Of a stretch of 64,000 nucleotides of DNA, positions 48,365 to 59,919 are shown in pieces; position 1 is the stretch's first letter; each line of letters starts with the position of its first letter. The position numbers and the translations under genes were made by a program. Under the pieces are notes generated by a model that was not told the DNA's origin, did not search any database, and saw nothing but the letters and a program-made list of their open reading frames with translations. Source of the DNA: Centroscyllium fabricii (Eukaryota); the NCBI GenBank assembly GCA_051313645.2, contig JBNRSN020000025.1, positions 29,698,001 through 29,762,000 of the forward strand, written 5' to 3'.

Positions 48365-49375
48365 TATAGATACATAGAAGATAGGAGCAGGAGTAGACCA
48401 TTCGGCCCCTCGAGCCTGCTCTGCCATTCGATGAGATCATGGCTGATCATCCAAACTCAGTGCCCCGCCCATGCCTTCTCCCCATATCCCTTGATACCTT
48501 TAGCTCTAAGAACTATATCTAACTCCTTCTTGAAAGGAGGCACGGTGGCACAGTGGTTAGCACTGTTGTCTCACAGCACTGGAGACCCAGGTTCAAATCC
48601 AGCCTCGGGTACTATCTGTGTGGAGTTTGCACATTCTCCCCGTGTCTGCGTGGGTTTCCTCTGGGTGCTACGGTTTCCTCCGACAGTCCAAAGATGTGCG
48701 GGTTAGGTTGATTGGCCATGATAAATTGACCCTTAGTGTTAGGGGGATTGGCCATGATAAATTGACCCTTAGTGTTAGGGGGATTAAATATGTGGGGTTA
48801 CGGGGATAGGGTGCGATATGTGTCGGTGCAGGCTCGATAGGGATTGAGGGATATGGGGATGGGTTACTGGGTTTGGATGATCAGCCATGATCTCATTGAA
48901 TGGTGGAGCAGCCTCAAAGGGTCGAATGGCCTACTCCTGCTCCTATCTCCTATCTTCTATTTAATGAATTGGCCTCAATTACATTCTATGGTAGAGAATT
49001 CCACAGGTTCAACATTCTCTGGGTGAAGAAATTCTTCCTCATCTCTGTCCTGAATGGCCTACCCCTTATCCTTAGACTGTGCCCCCTGGTTCTGGACTCC
49101 CCGACCATTGGGAACATTTTTCCTGCATCTAGTTGTCTATTCCTGTCAGAATGTTATAAGTTTCTATGAGATCCCCTCTCATTCTTCTAAACTCCAGCGA
49201 GTATAAGCCTAATCGACCCAATCTCTCCTCATACGTTATTCCTGCCATCCCAGGTTTCTTCACCCAGAGAGTGGTGAACCTGTGGAATTCTCTACCATAG
49301 AAGGTAGTTGAGGCCAAGCCTTGTGAACCTTCGCTGAACTCCTTCCATGGCAAGAACATCCTTCCTCAGATAAGG
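48365..49375 (-). mobile_element. CR1 3' fragment with nested long-tail SINE (48536-48960, +) and an internal inverted segment
   Basis: ORF 49129-49359 YEERLGRLGLYSLEFRRMRGDLIE; CR1 tail at 48365-48450. Confidence 0.85.
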
Positions 49376-49939
49376 ACATCCGTCCTCAGATAAGGTGCAC
49401 AGTGTGGTGGGACTGGAATCACATGTAGGATGGCAGGTTCCCTTCTCTGAAGGACATCAGTGAACCAGTTGGGTTTTTACAACAATCCAACAATTTCTTG
49501 GTAATTTTTTGGTGCCAGCCTACAAACAGATTTATTGAATTCAGTTTCACAACTTGTTATTGTGGGATTTGAACTCTCAACCTCTGGGTTGCTCGTCCAG
49601 CCCCTTAACCACCAGACTACTGTGCCGAAGGTCTGTTGCCTTGCAAACTCATTGTCAGCCTTGGCTCAGTGGGTAGCACTCTTGCTTCTGAGTCAGAAGG
49701 TTGTGGGTTCAAAATCCCACTTCAGAGGCTTGAGCACAAAAATCCAGGCTGACGCTCCAGCACAGTGCTGAGGGAGTGCAGCACGGTCGGAGGTGCCGTC
49801 TTTCGGATGGGACGAAAGACTGGGAGCCTCAGCCTAGTTGCGAATGAACATCGGCCTGCCGCATAATAACACTTGTAATTTGACACGCTCATGGGCAGCA
49901 GGTGTGAGAAAGGTGTGCACTGTGCAGAGGATGGTGTGG

Positions 49940-50245
49940 AGTGGGGTGGACAAATGTAAGAAGTCACACAACACCAGGTTATCGTCCAACAGCTTTATTG
50001 GAAATCACAAGCTTTCGGAGCGCTGCTCCTTCGTCAGGTGAAGTGAAGAGATGCACATAGGCACAGCATATATCGTCAGAGAACACTGCCAGATGATTAC
50101 AGGTAATCTTTCCAACTGCCCTTTATCACACCTCGGCAGAGAGATAATCACATCAATCAAAGGTGTGAATGGTGTTCAAACAGGTCAGTCAGGAAAACAT
50201 TCCATCAAAGAACAATGAGGTGGGGTCACAAGGGGTCAAATGTTG
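49940..50245 (-). mobile_element. Penelope-type family A fragment with hammerhead at 50005-50041 (-)
   Basis: UCAC-CUGACGA-A-GGAGC-AGC-GCUCC-GAAA-GC-UU-GUGA; flanks homologous to 12713-12830. Confidence 0.8.
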
Positions 50246-50399
50246 CAGATGCTGGGGTCTGTATGAAAAACAAAAAACAATTAAAACAAACATTGTGCTG
50301 GAAATGACAGCAGGCCCGGCCGCATCTGTGTAGAACAGAAGATGCTGGGGCAAGGCCTAAGCTTCCATCCTTGAATATGGCAGAAGTGCTAGCTCAGTT

Positions 50400-50655
50400 C
50401 ACTTGCCCAGCACTTTTGGAGAACTCCCCTGCTCTTCCTTGAATAGTACTGAAGGATCTTTAACCACCACCCGGGCGGGCAGACAGGGCCTCAGTTTGAC
50501 GTCTCATCCAAAAGATGGCACCTCTGACAGTGCAGCACTCCCTCAGTACTGGCACTGGGAGTGTCGACCTGGATTTTGTGCTCAAGTCTCTGGAGCGGGA
50601 CTTGAACCCACGACCTTCCGATTCAGTGGCAAGGGTGTTACCCACTGAGCCACAG
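50400..50655 (-). mobile_element. DeuSINE fragment (another partial + copy at 49660-49815)
   Basis: Reverse complement of head and Deu core. Confidence 0.8.
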
Positions 50656-51608
50656 GTGACACCAATAGGTAAGAGGTGAAGCGGTAGTTCATTCACCACA
50701 CTCAGGGAGCACAGCAAGCCTGGACGGGCAGTGATGGGTTGGCCCGTGGGGAGAATTCCCAATTGCTGTACCACGCAAGCTTGCACCGGTGATTTTTTCT
50801 TCATCCACATGCAAACCCGATGCCCTCCCAGATCCTGATGCTCTGTGGATCAGAGCAGTCCGTCCTTCAGAAGGGAATGTGATCAGAGGAAGGAATGGGC
50901 CAGGACGAGACATGAAGGTGCGGGTTGTGATATCCCAGCTCAGGGTTTTATGGTATGTTTCCATTCTGAGAAAGTCTGCATAAAAATCTAACGGGATCAT
51001 TATTTTTAATCCTGTGCCTTTGACCTGATGTTTTTGTTTGCAGGAATTGGCAAATTGTGAACCGGGTTTTTGTCCATTGTACACTCTGTCTACACGAACA
51101 AGCATCAGGGCATGTTTCCATACAATCAAACAGCGGGAGGCCATCACCACTTTGGGATATTTACAAGTAAGAGTTTATTTTATAGCAGGGGCAAGAGAGT
51201 CCTGTTCCTTCTAATTGGGGTGAACTGTGCGGACCATTCGACACTGGGGCCCTCGATGGAAGGATTAAGCCCGCACTGCAGAAACACGCCCAATACATTC
51301 CAGAGTGCTGGCGGGTCACCTCCGTGTTGAACAAGCCTCGGTACAAGTGCAGAATCAGCTCTGTGTGTGTAATTGTCACAGCTTGCCTTGATGGTCTTTG
51401 TGAGTTCATTAAGGACTCTTCAATAGAGAAGGCACAGTGGGAATGCACCAAAATAAGCCTTTATTCAGAACGTTTGAGTGCTCCGAATAACCACGTGTTC
51501 TGATCCAAAGGAATCTTGTTGTAACGTTCCCAGATAGGTGAAGAGGGGGTGGATGAGGAACCTTTCCCATACTGTGTACTGTTTGGTCCCAGTGTTTTCT
51601 TGGCAATC

Positions 51609-52015
51609 GATAGCAAAATACTGCAGATGCTGGAAATCCGAAATAACAACAGAAAATGCTGGAAAAACTCGGCAGGCCAGGCAACATCCGTGGAGAGAAA
51701 TATAGGGTCGACATTTCGGGTTCGGACCCTTTGTCAAGACTAAAGCCAGGAAATGAAAGAGGTAGGAAGGCCGGGAGCTGGGAGGGAACAGAAAACAAAG
51801 AGAAGAGAGAACAAAGAGAAAAGACGTTAAGAGGTATTCAATGCTGATGGGGCTGTGGACAGGAGACAGCTGTAGATTAGGTGTGAAAAGCCTTCCTACC
51901 TGTTTCATTTCCTGGCTTTAGTCTTGACAAAGGGTCTGAACCCGAAACGTCAACTCTTTTTTCTCTCCATGGATGTTGCCTGGCCTGCTGAGTTTTTCCA
52001 GCATTTTCCGTTGTT
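51609..52015. mobile_element. Non-coding Penelope-type retroelement (family B) with inverted arms carrying variant hammerheads (51706-51741 -, 51920-51955 +)
   Basis: TSD ttttcttggcaatc/ttttcttggaaatc; ~125-bp inverted arms; core UUGACAA...GAAA. Confidence 0.78.
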
Positions 52016-52102
52016 TTTTCTTGGAAATCTCTCAGCCACAGCACTGAGGTGGGGCGGTGCTGTCCAAGTTAAGGACATCAACGGAACGTATTAGTTTATT
52101 AA

Positions 52103-53172
52103 TCATAGAATCATAGAAGATAGGAGCAGGAGTAGGCCATTCAGCCCTTCGAGCCTGCTCCGCCATTCAATGAGATCATGGCTGATCTTTAGCAAGCTAG
52201 TACCCCGTCCCCGCCTTTTCTCCGTAACCTTTAATCCCTTTAGCTTGAAGAAATATATCCAATTCCCTCTTAAATATGTTTAATGAACTGGCCTCCACCG
52301 CCCTCTGTGGCATGGAATTCCACAGGCCCACCACTCTCTGAGTGAAGAAATTCTTCCTCATGTCTGTCCTAAATGGTTTACCCCTTATTCTTAGACCGTG
52401 GCCCCTGGTTCTGGACTCCCCCGCCATTGGAAACATTCTCTCTGAATCTAACCTGTCCAGACCTTTCAGAATTTTATACGTCTCAATGAGATCACCTCTC
52501 AATCTTCTAAACTCCAACGAGTACAAGCCCAGACTACATAATCTCTCCTCGTAGGTCATTCCAGGAATCAGCCTGGTGAAACGCCGCTGCACTCCCTCCA
52601 TGGCAAGAACATCCTTTCTCAGGCGAGGCGACCAGAACTGTACACAATACTCGAGGTGTGGTCTCACCAGTGCCTTGTACAGCTGTAGTAAGGTATCCTT
52701 ATTCCTATACTCAAACCCTCTTGATATGAAGGCCAACACACCATTTGCCTTCCTAACCGCCTGCTGCACCTGCATGCTCGCCTTCAGCGACTGGTGCACA
52801 AGAACACCCAGGTCTCTTTGCACCTCCCCATCTCCCAATCTATTGCCATTTAAGTAATAATCTACCCTCCTGTTTTTGCCCCCAAAGTGGATAACCTCAC
52901 ATTTATCCACATTATAGTGCATCTGCCATCTATCTGCCCAGTCCCCCAACTTATCCAAATCGCCCTGTAACTTCCTGACACCCTCTTCAGAGCCTGCCCC
53001 CCCTCCTAGTTTGGTGTCATCTGCGAATTTGGAGATATTACATTCAATTCCCTGATCCAGATCATTAATATATATTGTAAACAGCTGGGGTCCCAGGACA
53101 GACCCCTGCGGTACCCCACTAGTCACCGGCTGCCACTCAGAAAACAAGCCGTTAATTCCAACTCTCTGTTTT
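52103..53172 (-). mobile_element. Young 5'-truncated CR1 LINE with open RT C-terminal half
   Basis: ORF 52197-53282 contains GVPQGSVLGP, KFADDTKL and RPHLEYCVQFW with no stop before the natural end; intact 3' tail. Confidence 0.96.
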
Positions 53173-54057
53173 AATGAGTCAGGACACTGAACACGTTCAC
53201 CAAAACAACAACTGGCATTTATATGAACGCCTATAACATAGAAAAATGTCCCAAGGTGCTTCACGGAAGCGTGAACAGACAAAAAAAAAATGGACGCAGA
53301 GATATTAGGAGGGGTTGGCCCTGAGCTTGGGCTTAAAGGTGAAGAGGGAGGTGGAGAGGTTCAGGAAGGGAATTCCACAGTGCGGCTGAAGGGAGTGGAG
53401 GGGACACACATCTAGAAAACAGCTGGATTCTGCAATGGGCAGACAATAGGGTGGCTATTCTGGGAGGAAGAGATGAGATGGGCCGAAGGATCTCCTACAT
53501 GCAAAACCAACTTGTGATCCTCTCAGCAGTAAACGCAGTGAGCGAAAACATTGTTCTGAGTTTTAGTTTGTCGCTAAATCTGAAACCTTTACGTCCGATA
53601 GGGAATTTCTGGAATCACAAAACACCGTTTCGATTGATCTCAGCCCCACTTTCCTATTTCCACTGCCCACACCCCCCAGTCTCCCCTCCCTCTCTCGCTC
53701 CAGTTTGCCTCAATGGCTTCCTCCAGTAAATAGTTTGAAGTTGTATCTGGACCAGCTGAGGCTGCATCTCTGGCACTGGGTCTAGTTTTGGTTTCCGTAT
53801 TACAGACAGGATCTTCAGAGGGTTGGGTTATGAGGACAGATCCATCAGCCAGTGACCACAATCTCCTGAAAAAGAGGATGAGGGGGATAATAATAGAGGT
53901 CTTTAAGACTTTCAATGGGTCTAGAGAATTTGGATCCCTGGATGTGAGGACCAGTGGCAGAGTTTAAAGTTACAGAGGTCAAGAGAAATGTAGCAACAGG
54001 TTTTTTGTAAGAGGGTGGTGGAAAAGAAAACCATGGCAAAACGACTGGCTGAATTCC

Positions 54058-55655
54058 ATACTGAGTGTGTACCTACCTGCTTGTACATTGTGTACCCACC
54101 CATACTAAGTGCGTGCTCGCCCGTACTGATTGCGTACCCGCCCGTACGGAGTGCGTACCCGCCCATACTGAGTGCGTACTCGCCCGTACTGATTGCGTAC
54201 CCGCCCGTACGGAGTGCGTACCCGCCCGTACTGAGTGCGTACTCGCCCGTACTGAGTGGGTACTCGCCCGTACTGAGTGGGTACTCGCCCGTACTGAGTG
54301 GGTACTCGCCCGTACTGAGTGGGTACTCGCCCGTACTGAGTGGGTAATCGCCCGTAGTGAGTGCGTACCCGCCCGTACTGTGTGGGTACCCGCCCGTACT
54401 GTGTGGGTACCCGCCCGTACTGAGTGCGTATCCACCCGTACTGAGTGCGTACCCGCCCGTACTGAGTGCGTACCCGCCCGTACTGAGTGGGTACCCGCTC
54501 GTACTGAGTGCGTACCCGCTCGTACTGTGTGCGTACCCGCCCGTACTGAGTGGGTACCCGCCCGTACTTTTTTAAAATTCATTGATGGGATGTGGGCGTC
54601 GCTGGCTAGCTAGGCCTGCATTTAGTGCCCACCCCTAATTGCCCTTGAGAAGATGGTGGTGAGCCACCTTCTTGAACCGCTGCAGTCCATATGGTGTAGG
54701 TACACCCACAATGTTGTTAGGAAGGGAGTTCCAGGATTTTGGCCCAGCGACAGTGAAGGAGCGGCGATACAGGTCCAAGTCAGGATGGTGTGTGGCTTGG
54801 AGGGGAACTTGTAGGTGGTGCTGTTCCCATGCGTCTGCTGCCCTTGTCCTTCTAAGTGGTAGAGGTCGCGGGTTTGGAAGGTGCTGTTGAAGGAGCTTTG
54901 GCGAGTTGCTGCAGTGCATCTTGTAGATGGTACACACTGCAGCCACAGTGTGCCGGTGGTGGAGGGAGTTAATGTTGAAGGTGGTGGATGGAGTGCCAAT
55001 CAAGCGGCCTGCTTTATCCTGAATGGTGTCGAGCTTCTTGAGTGTTGTTGGAGCTGCACTCATCCAGGCAAGTGGAGAGTATTCCATCACACTCCTGACT
55101 TGTGCCTTGTAGATGGTGGAAAGGCTTTGGGGAGTCAGGAGGTGAGACACTCGCCGCAGAATTCCCAGCCTCTGGCCTGCTCTTGTAGCCACAGTATTTA
55201 TATGGCTGGTCCAGTTCAGTTTTCGATCAATGGTAACCCCCAGGATGTTGATAGTGTGGGATTCAGCGATGATAATGCCATTGAATGTCAAGGGGAGATG
55301 GTTAGAGTCTCGCTTGTTGGAGATGGTCAATTGCCTGGCACTTGTGTGGTGCGAATGTTACTTGCCACTTGTCAGCCCAACTGAGTACGTACCCGCCCGT
55401 ACTGAGTGCGTACCCGCCCGTACTGAGTGGGTACCTGCCCGTACTGAGTGTGTACCCGCCCGTACCCACCCATACCGAGTGCATACCCGCCCGTACCGAG
55501 TGGGTATCCGCCCGTACCGTGTGTACCCACCTGTACCCACCCGTGCATACCCACCCGTACAGCGGGTACCCGCTCCGCCCATACCGAGCGGGTACCCGCT
55601 GTACCGAGCGCATACCCGCCCGTACTGAGTGCGTACCCGCCTGTACCGAGTGCGT
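54058..55655. repeat. 21-bp minisatellite (actgagtgcgtacccgcccgt) split by a LINE
   Basis: Arrays 54058-54567 and 55381-55655 flank the LINE. Confidence 0.95.
54575..55380 (-). mobile_element. 5'-truncated LINE (clade unresolved) with open RT C-terminus
   Basis: ORF 54635-55330 ILGVTIDRKLNWTSHI...YKAQVRSVMEY...HHHLLKGN; A-rich tail. Confidence 0.9.
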
Positions 55656-56077
55656 ATTCACTTACCTATGTTCTGGATTTGTTCTTGGGTTGTGGACAAC
55701 ACTGGAAAGGCCACATTTATGAACCACCCCTGCCTGTTTTTATATTGGGATTAATGTGCTGCCATATCCACTGTCTCTCACTGCCAGGGTCACACACTAC
55801 CAGCTGCACTCTCGGAGCAAATCCTCGGAATCACTAAAGTGCTACATTTAGCAATCGTCTCCCTTGTCTCGAGAGAGGTAAACCCAACCAAGAGTCCCAG
55901 GCTTGCCGTCCAGTGATTGCTGCTGGAAGGGTGCAGTCATTAGTTGGGGACTGGATTGGTTTTAGCTACAATGACCACACACCCCATTGTCCAATAGACC
56001 TCCGACCTAGTGGGGTTGCCCATGGAGACTGATTAGTCGGACGAGATACTAAAGGTCCGTCACATGTATGGAACTGA

Positions 56078-57577
56078 GCCAGCACCTGTCGACACAGCAC
56101 CTGTCGACCCAGCACATGTCGACCCAAAACCTGTCGACCCAGCACCTGTCGACCCAGCATCTGTGTACCCAGCACCTGTCGACCCAGCACCTGTCGAGCA
56201 CAGCACTTGTCGACCCGCCACCTGTTGACCCAGCACCTGTCGAGCACAGCACAGAGGTGCAGATCAGCCACAGAATCCTAGAATGATCGAACACAGCACT
56301 GTCGACCCAGCATGTGTTGACCCAACACCTGTCGACCCAGCACCTGTCGAGCACAGCACCTGTTAACCCAGCACCTGTCGAGCACAGCACGGAGGTGCAG
56401 ATCAGCCACAGAGTCCTAGAATGATTGAGCACAACACCTGTTGAGCCGGCACCTGTTGACCCAGCACCTGTTGACCCAGCACCTGTTGACCCAGCACCTG
56501 TCGGCACAGCACCTGTCGCACCGGCACCTGTCGATCTAGCACCTGTGGAGCACAGCACCTGTCGACCCAGCACCTGATGAGCACAGCACCTGTCGACCCA
56601 GCACCTGTCGACCCAGCACCTGTTGACCCAGCACCCATTGAGCACAGCACCTGTCGAGCACAGCACCTGTCAACCCAGCACCTGTCGAGCACAGCACCTG
56701 TCAACCCAGCACCTGTCGAGCACAGCACCTGTTGACCCAGCACCTGCCGAGCACAGCACCTGTCGAGCACAGCACCTGTCGACCCAGCACCGGTCGACCC
56801 AGCACCTGTCGACCCAGCACCTGTCGACCCAGCACCTGTCAAACTAGCACCTGTTGAGCACAGCACCTGATGAGCACAGCACCTGCCGTGCCGGCACCTG
56901 TCGACCCGGCACCTGTGGAGCACAGCACCTGTCGACCCAGCACCTCTCGACCCAGCACCTGTCGACCCAGCACCTGTCGACCCAGCACCTGTCGACCCAG
57001 CACCTGTTGAGCACAGCACCTGTTCAGCCGGCACCTGTTCAGCCGGCACCTGTTGACCCAACACCTGTCGAGCACAGCACCTGTCGACCCAGCACCTGTC
57101 GAGCACAGCACCTGTCGAGCACAGCACCTGTCGAGCACAGCACCTGTCGAGCCGGCACCTGTCGACCCAGCACCTGTCGAGCACAGCACCTGTCGAGCAC
57201 AGCACCTGTTGACCCAGCACCTGTCGACCCAGCACCTGTTGACCCAGCACCTGTCGACCCACCACCTGTCGACCCAGCACCTGTCGACCCAGCACCTGTT
57301 CAGCCGGCACCTGTTGACCCAGCACCTGTCGAGTACAGCCCCTGTTGACCCAGCACCTGTCAAGCACAGCACCTGTTGACCCAACACCTGTCGAGCACAG
57401 CACCTGTCGACCCAGCACCTGTCGACCCAGCCCCTGTTGACCCAACACCTGTCAAGCACAGCACCTGTCGACCCCACACCTGTCGACCCAGCACCTGTCG
57501 AGCACAGCACCTGTCGACCCAGCGCCTGTCGAGCACAGCACAGAGGTGCAGATCAGCCACAGAATCCTAGAATGATA
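56078..57577. repeat. 15-bp minisatellite (cagcacctgtcgacc/cagcacctgtcgagca-type units) with a recurring ~40-bp spacer
   Basis: ~90 units; spacer gaggtgcagatcagccacagaatcctagaatgat at ~56255, ~56393 and ~57544. Confidence 0.95.
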
Positions 57578-58099
57578 CAGTACCTTTTTATGTTTACATT
57601 GGGACGGTTGCTTCCTTTCGGGGCTAACCGGCAACCACTTTTTTGAAGCAGTGTTTTGTGGCCTTTATTCCTTTTTCCTGTTTCATTTTCCAGTTTGGTC
57701 CTTTTGATTATAAAATTTGGCTTTGCTTTTGTGAGTTTTGGTTTTCTAACTTTTGGCTTTATAAGGACCACCTTGTAGTAAGATTTTTTTTAAATCAGTC
57801 CAGGGGAGTGGGAATATTCCTCATATTCAAAATGTATTTACTGAAAGTAGCCATTGTTCTTTATGCAATATTTGATGCTAAAAACAGCCAAAAATTCAGC
57901 TTTCACGTGACTGCAAGGACAAATTGCCTTACATCCACGTGACTTTCCCTCTGGGTAACTGACCTGAGATAGGAACTCACTGTGACGATTCGTCGGGAAA
58001 AGCCCGGGTCTAACTGCTCCATGGTGCAGGACGTTTTGTTTGCTTGCACAGTTTGGCTGTGTTGTATTGGCAAACTGCATTCACCTTATTACTGTTATT

Positions 58100-58855
58100 G
58101 GCCCAGAAATTGCAGTGGAGCCTTTCATGCGGGTGCAGAGCTGCTTAACGCACTTTAATTGTCCATATTCACTTTTGATTTTTTCCACTGAGAAATTCCC
58201 ATTACCCCTGCCTGTCAGAGCTCCGTGCGAGATCTGAAGGGCGTAATTAGTGCGAAGTGGCTTTTGAGACCAGCTGATTGGCAGGGAGCCAATCAGTGGA
58301 AGGAATTCTCCGTACAAACCTTCCACAGAGAAATCTGTGCGAGTTTTGAATAGAGAGATTCTCAAAAGACACCTAAACACAAAAATAAAATTTTACAAAC
58401 ACCACATTTTTTAAACATTACCCCAACTAACAAAAATAACCTATTTTAAAGAAAAAAGAAAAATTTGCAGATTTTTTTTTAACTTCAAACAGGTCTAAAA
58501 AAATACCTACCTGTCTTTAAAGTTATCAACAATTAAAAACCTGAAGAAACAACAATTAAAATCAATAAAATATACACTTACCAGATAAAAACGGGTGTTA
58601 ACGACTGCTTTTTTCCAGCGTTGATTTCTCTTCTCTTGGTCCGCTGATTTTTTTTTTTAAAACATCGGGATGTCTGGGCGGTCCTGTAGTGCGATGGTCC
58701 TTGCGATGGACCTCGCAGGGAGCACTGACCTCCCCCCCCCCCCCCACCCCCCGCTGGGCGGCACAGGAAGTCCTGGAGCGTGCGCACCGGCTCCTTCCTG
58801 CGGTTGAGCGCACCAGAGCTTAAACCCGATATGCGATAACGGGAATTTCTGGGCC
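58100..58855. mobile_element. Non-autonomous DNA transposon (MITE)
   Basis: TIRs (tatt)ggcccagaaatt/aatttctgggcc(aata). Confidence 0.7.
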
Positions 58856-59037
58856 AATATCTGTTCCCAGATATGGGAAGCAAATCTGCTGTAAGACGAC
58901 GAGGTCATTATGGAACCGATGAGAATTCCTCATCAAGGAACTGTCAGTAAGCTGATGGGGTGACAGAGAACACACAAGCACAAGACATGGGAAAATGAAA
59001 GGGGAAAGATGATGAAACCAACATAGATAGGAATGGA

Positions 59038-59175
59038 AAACAACAACAGAAAATGCTGGAATAACTCAGCAGTTCAGGCAGCATCGGTGGAGAGAGAAAC
59101 ACAGAGTCAACGTTTCGGGGAGTTCCCTTTGTCGAGACGTTTGGATTTCCAGCATCTGCAGTATTTTGTTATCGT
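59038..59175. mobile_element. Short Penelope-type family B insertion with variant hammerhead (59106-59138, -)
   Basis: 15-bp TSD atagataggaatgga/atagataggagtgga; one end is the reverse complement of 51609-51640. Confidence 0.75.
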
Positions 59176-59546
59176 ATAGATAGGAGTGGACCAGATAAAG
59201 ACTCAAACATCTTGGAGCAGCAGAAGAAGAAAAGGGTGGTGAAAGAAATCTGATAGTTAGCGTGCCTTTAAAGGAACATTCCTTCTACAAGTTAGTAGAA
59301 TTGGCGCTCACTGCTACAACATACGCCTGGGGGAAAACACATCCTGATTATATTCAGGTTTAATCAAACACTTTAAATTGAGGTTCCCTGGCCACGCCAC
59401 CCTAGAAGGCCCAGGTTTGATCCCTTGTCTCTGCTGAATTAGCTGGTTTCAGTCAGCACAGCAGTGGGGTGGCTCCAGTTGACCTCAGTACCTACCCATT
59501 CAGTGATCACTGCTCTGAGGTACGAGTGAGCTCCCTGCATATATCC

Positions 59547-59773
59547 TGATGTGACAAAAGCGACTTACACATCAAATACTTTAAGCAAAGCTTTAATCAG
59601 CTATTTACAGAGTTGAGAGTTTTAACATATTTACATAGAGAAACATTATCTCAGACTGAATAGTAGCAGAATTTATACTACTACACAGGAAGTGACGTAC
59701 AGGAAGTGATGTCACTGGAAGTTCATAAGCAGAGTTCATCCGACTTCCTGCCGGAAGTCTCAATATCATTACA
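59547..59773 (-). mobile_element. Short solo LTR
   Basis: TG...CA ends and perfect 5-bp TSD tatcc (59542-59546/59774-59778). Confidence 0.8.
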
Positions 59774-59919
59774 TATCCCAAATTAAGATGTTGCCTTCAG
59801 CACAGGATACGCAAGGGAAGAAATCTAAACAAAATACGTGGGCTCGGTATTCAGTGTTAACGATGGGGGAAAGTGCGAAACACAAACCAAAAGCCCTGCA
59901 TTCAATTTAATATCTTAAG

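Noticed and set aside
53640-53915. Exon-like - strand ORF with a good acceptor at ~53867
   Set aside because: No canonical donor and no recognisable protein.
54015-57570. Many repetitive ORFs
   Set aside because: Derived from 21-bp and 15-bp minisatellites.
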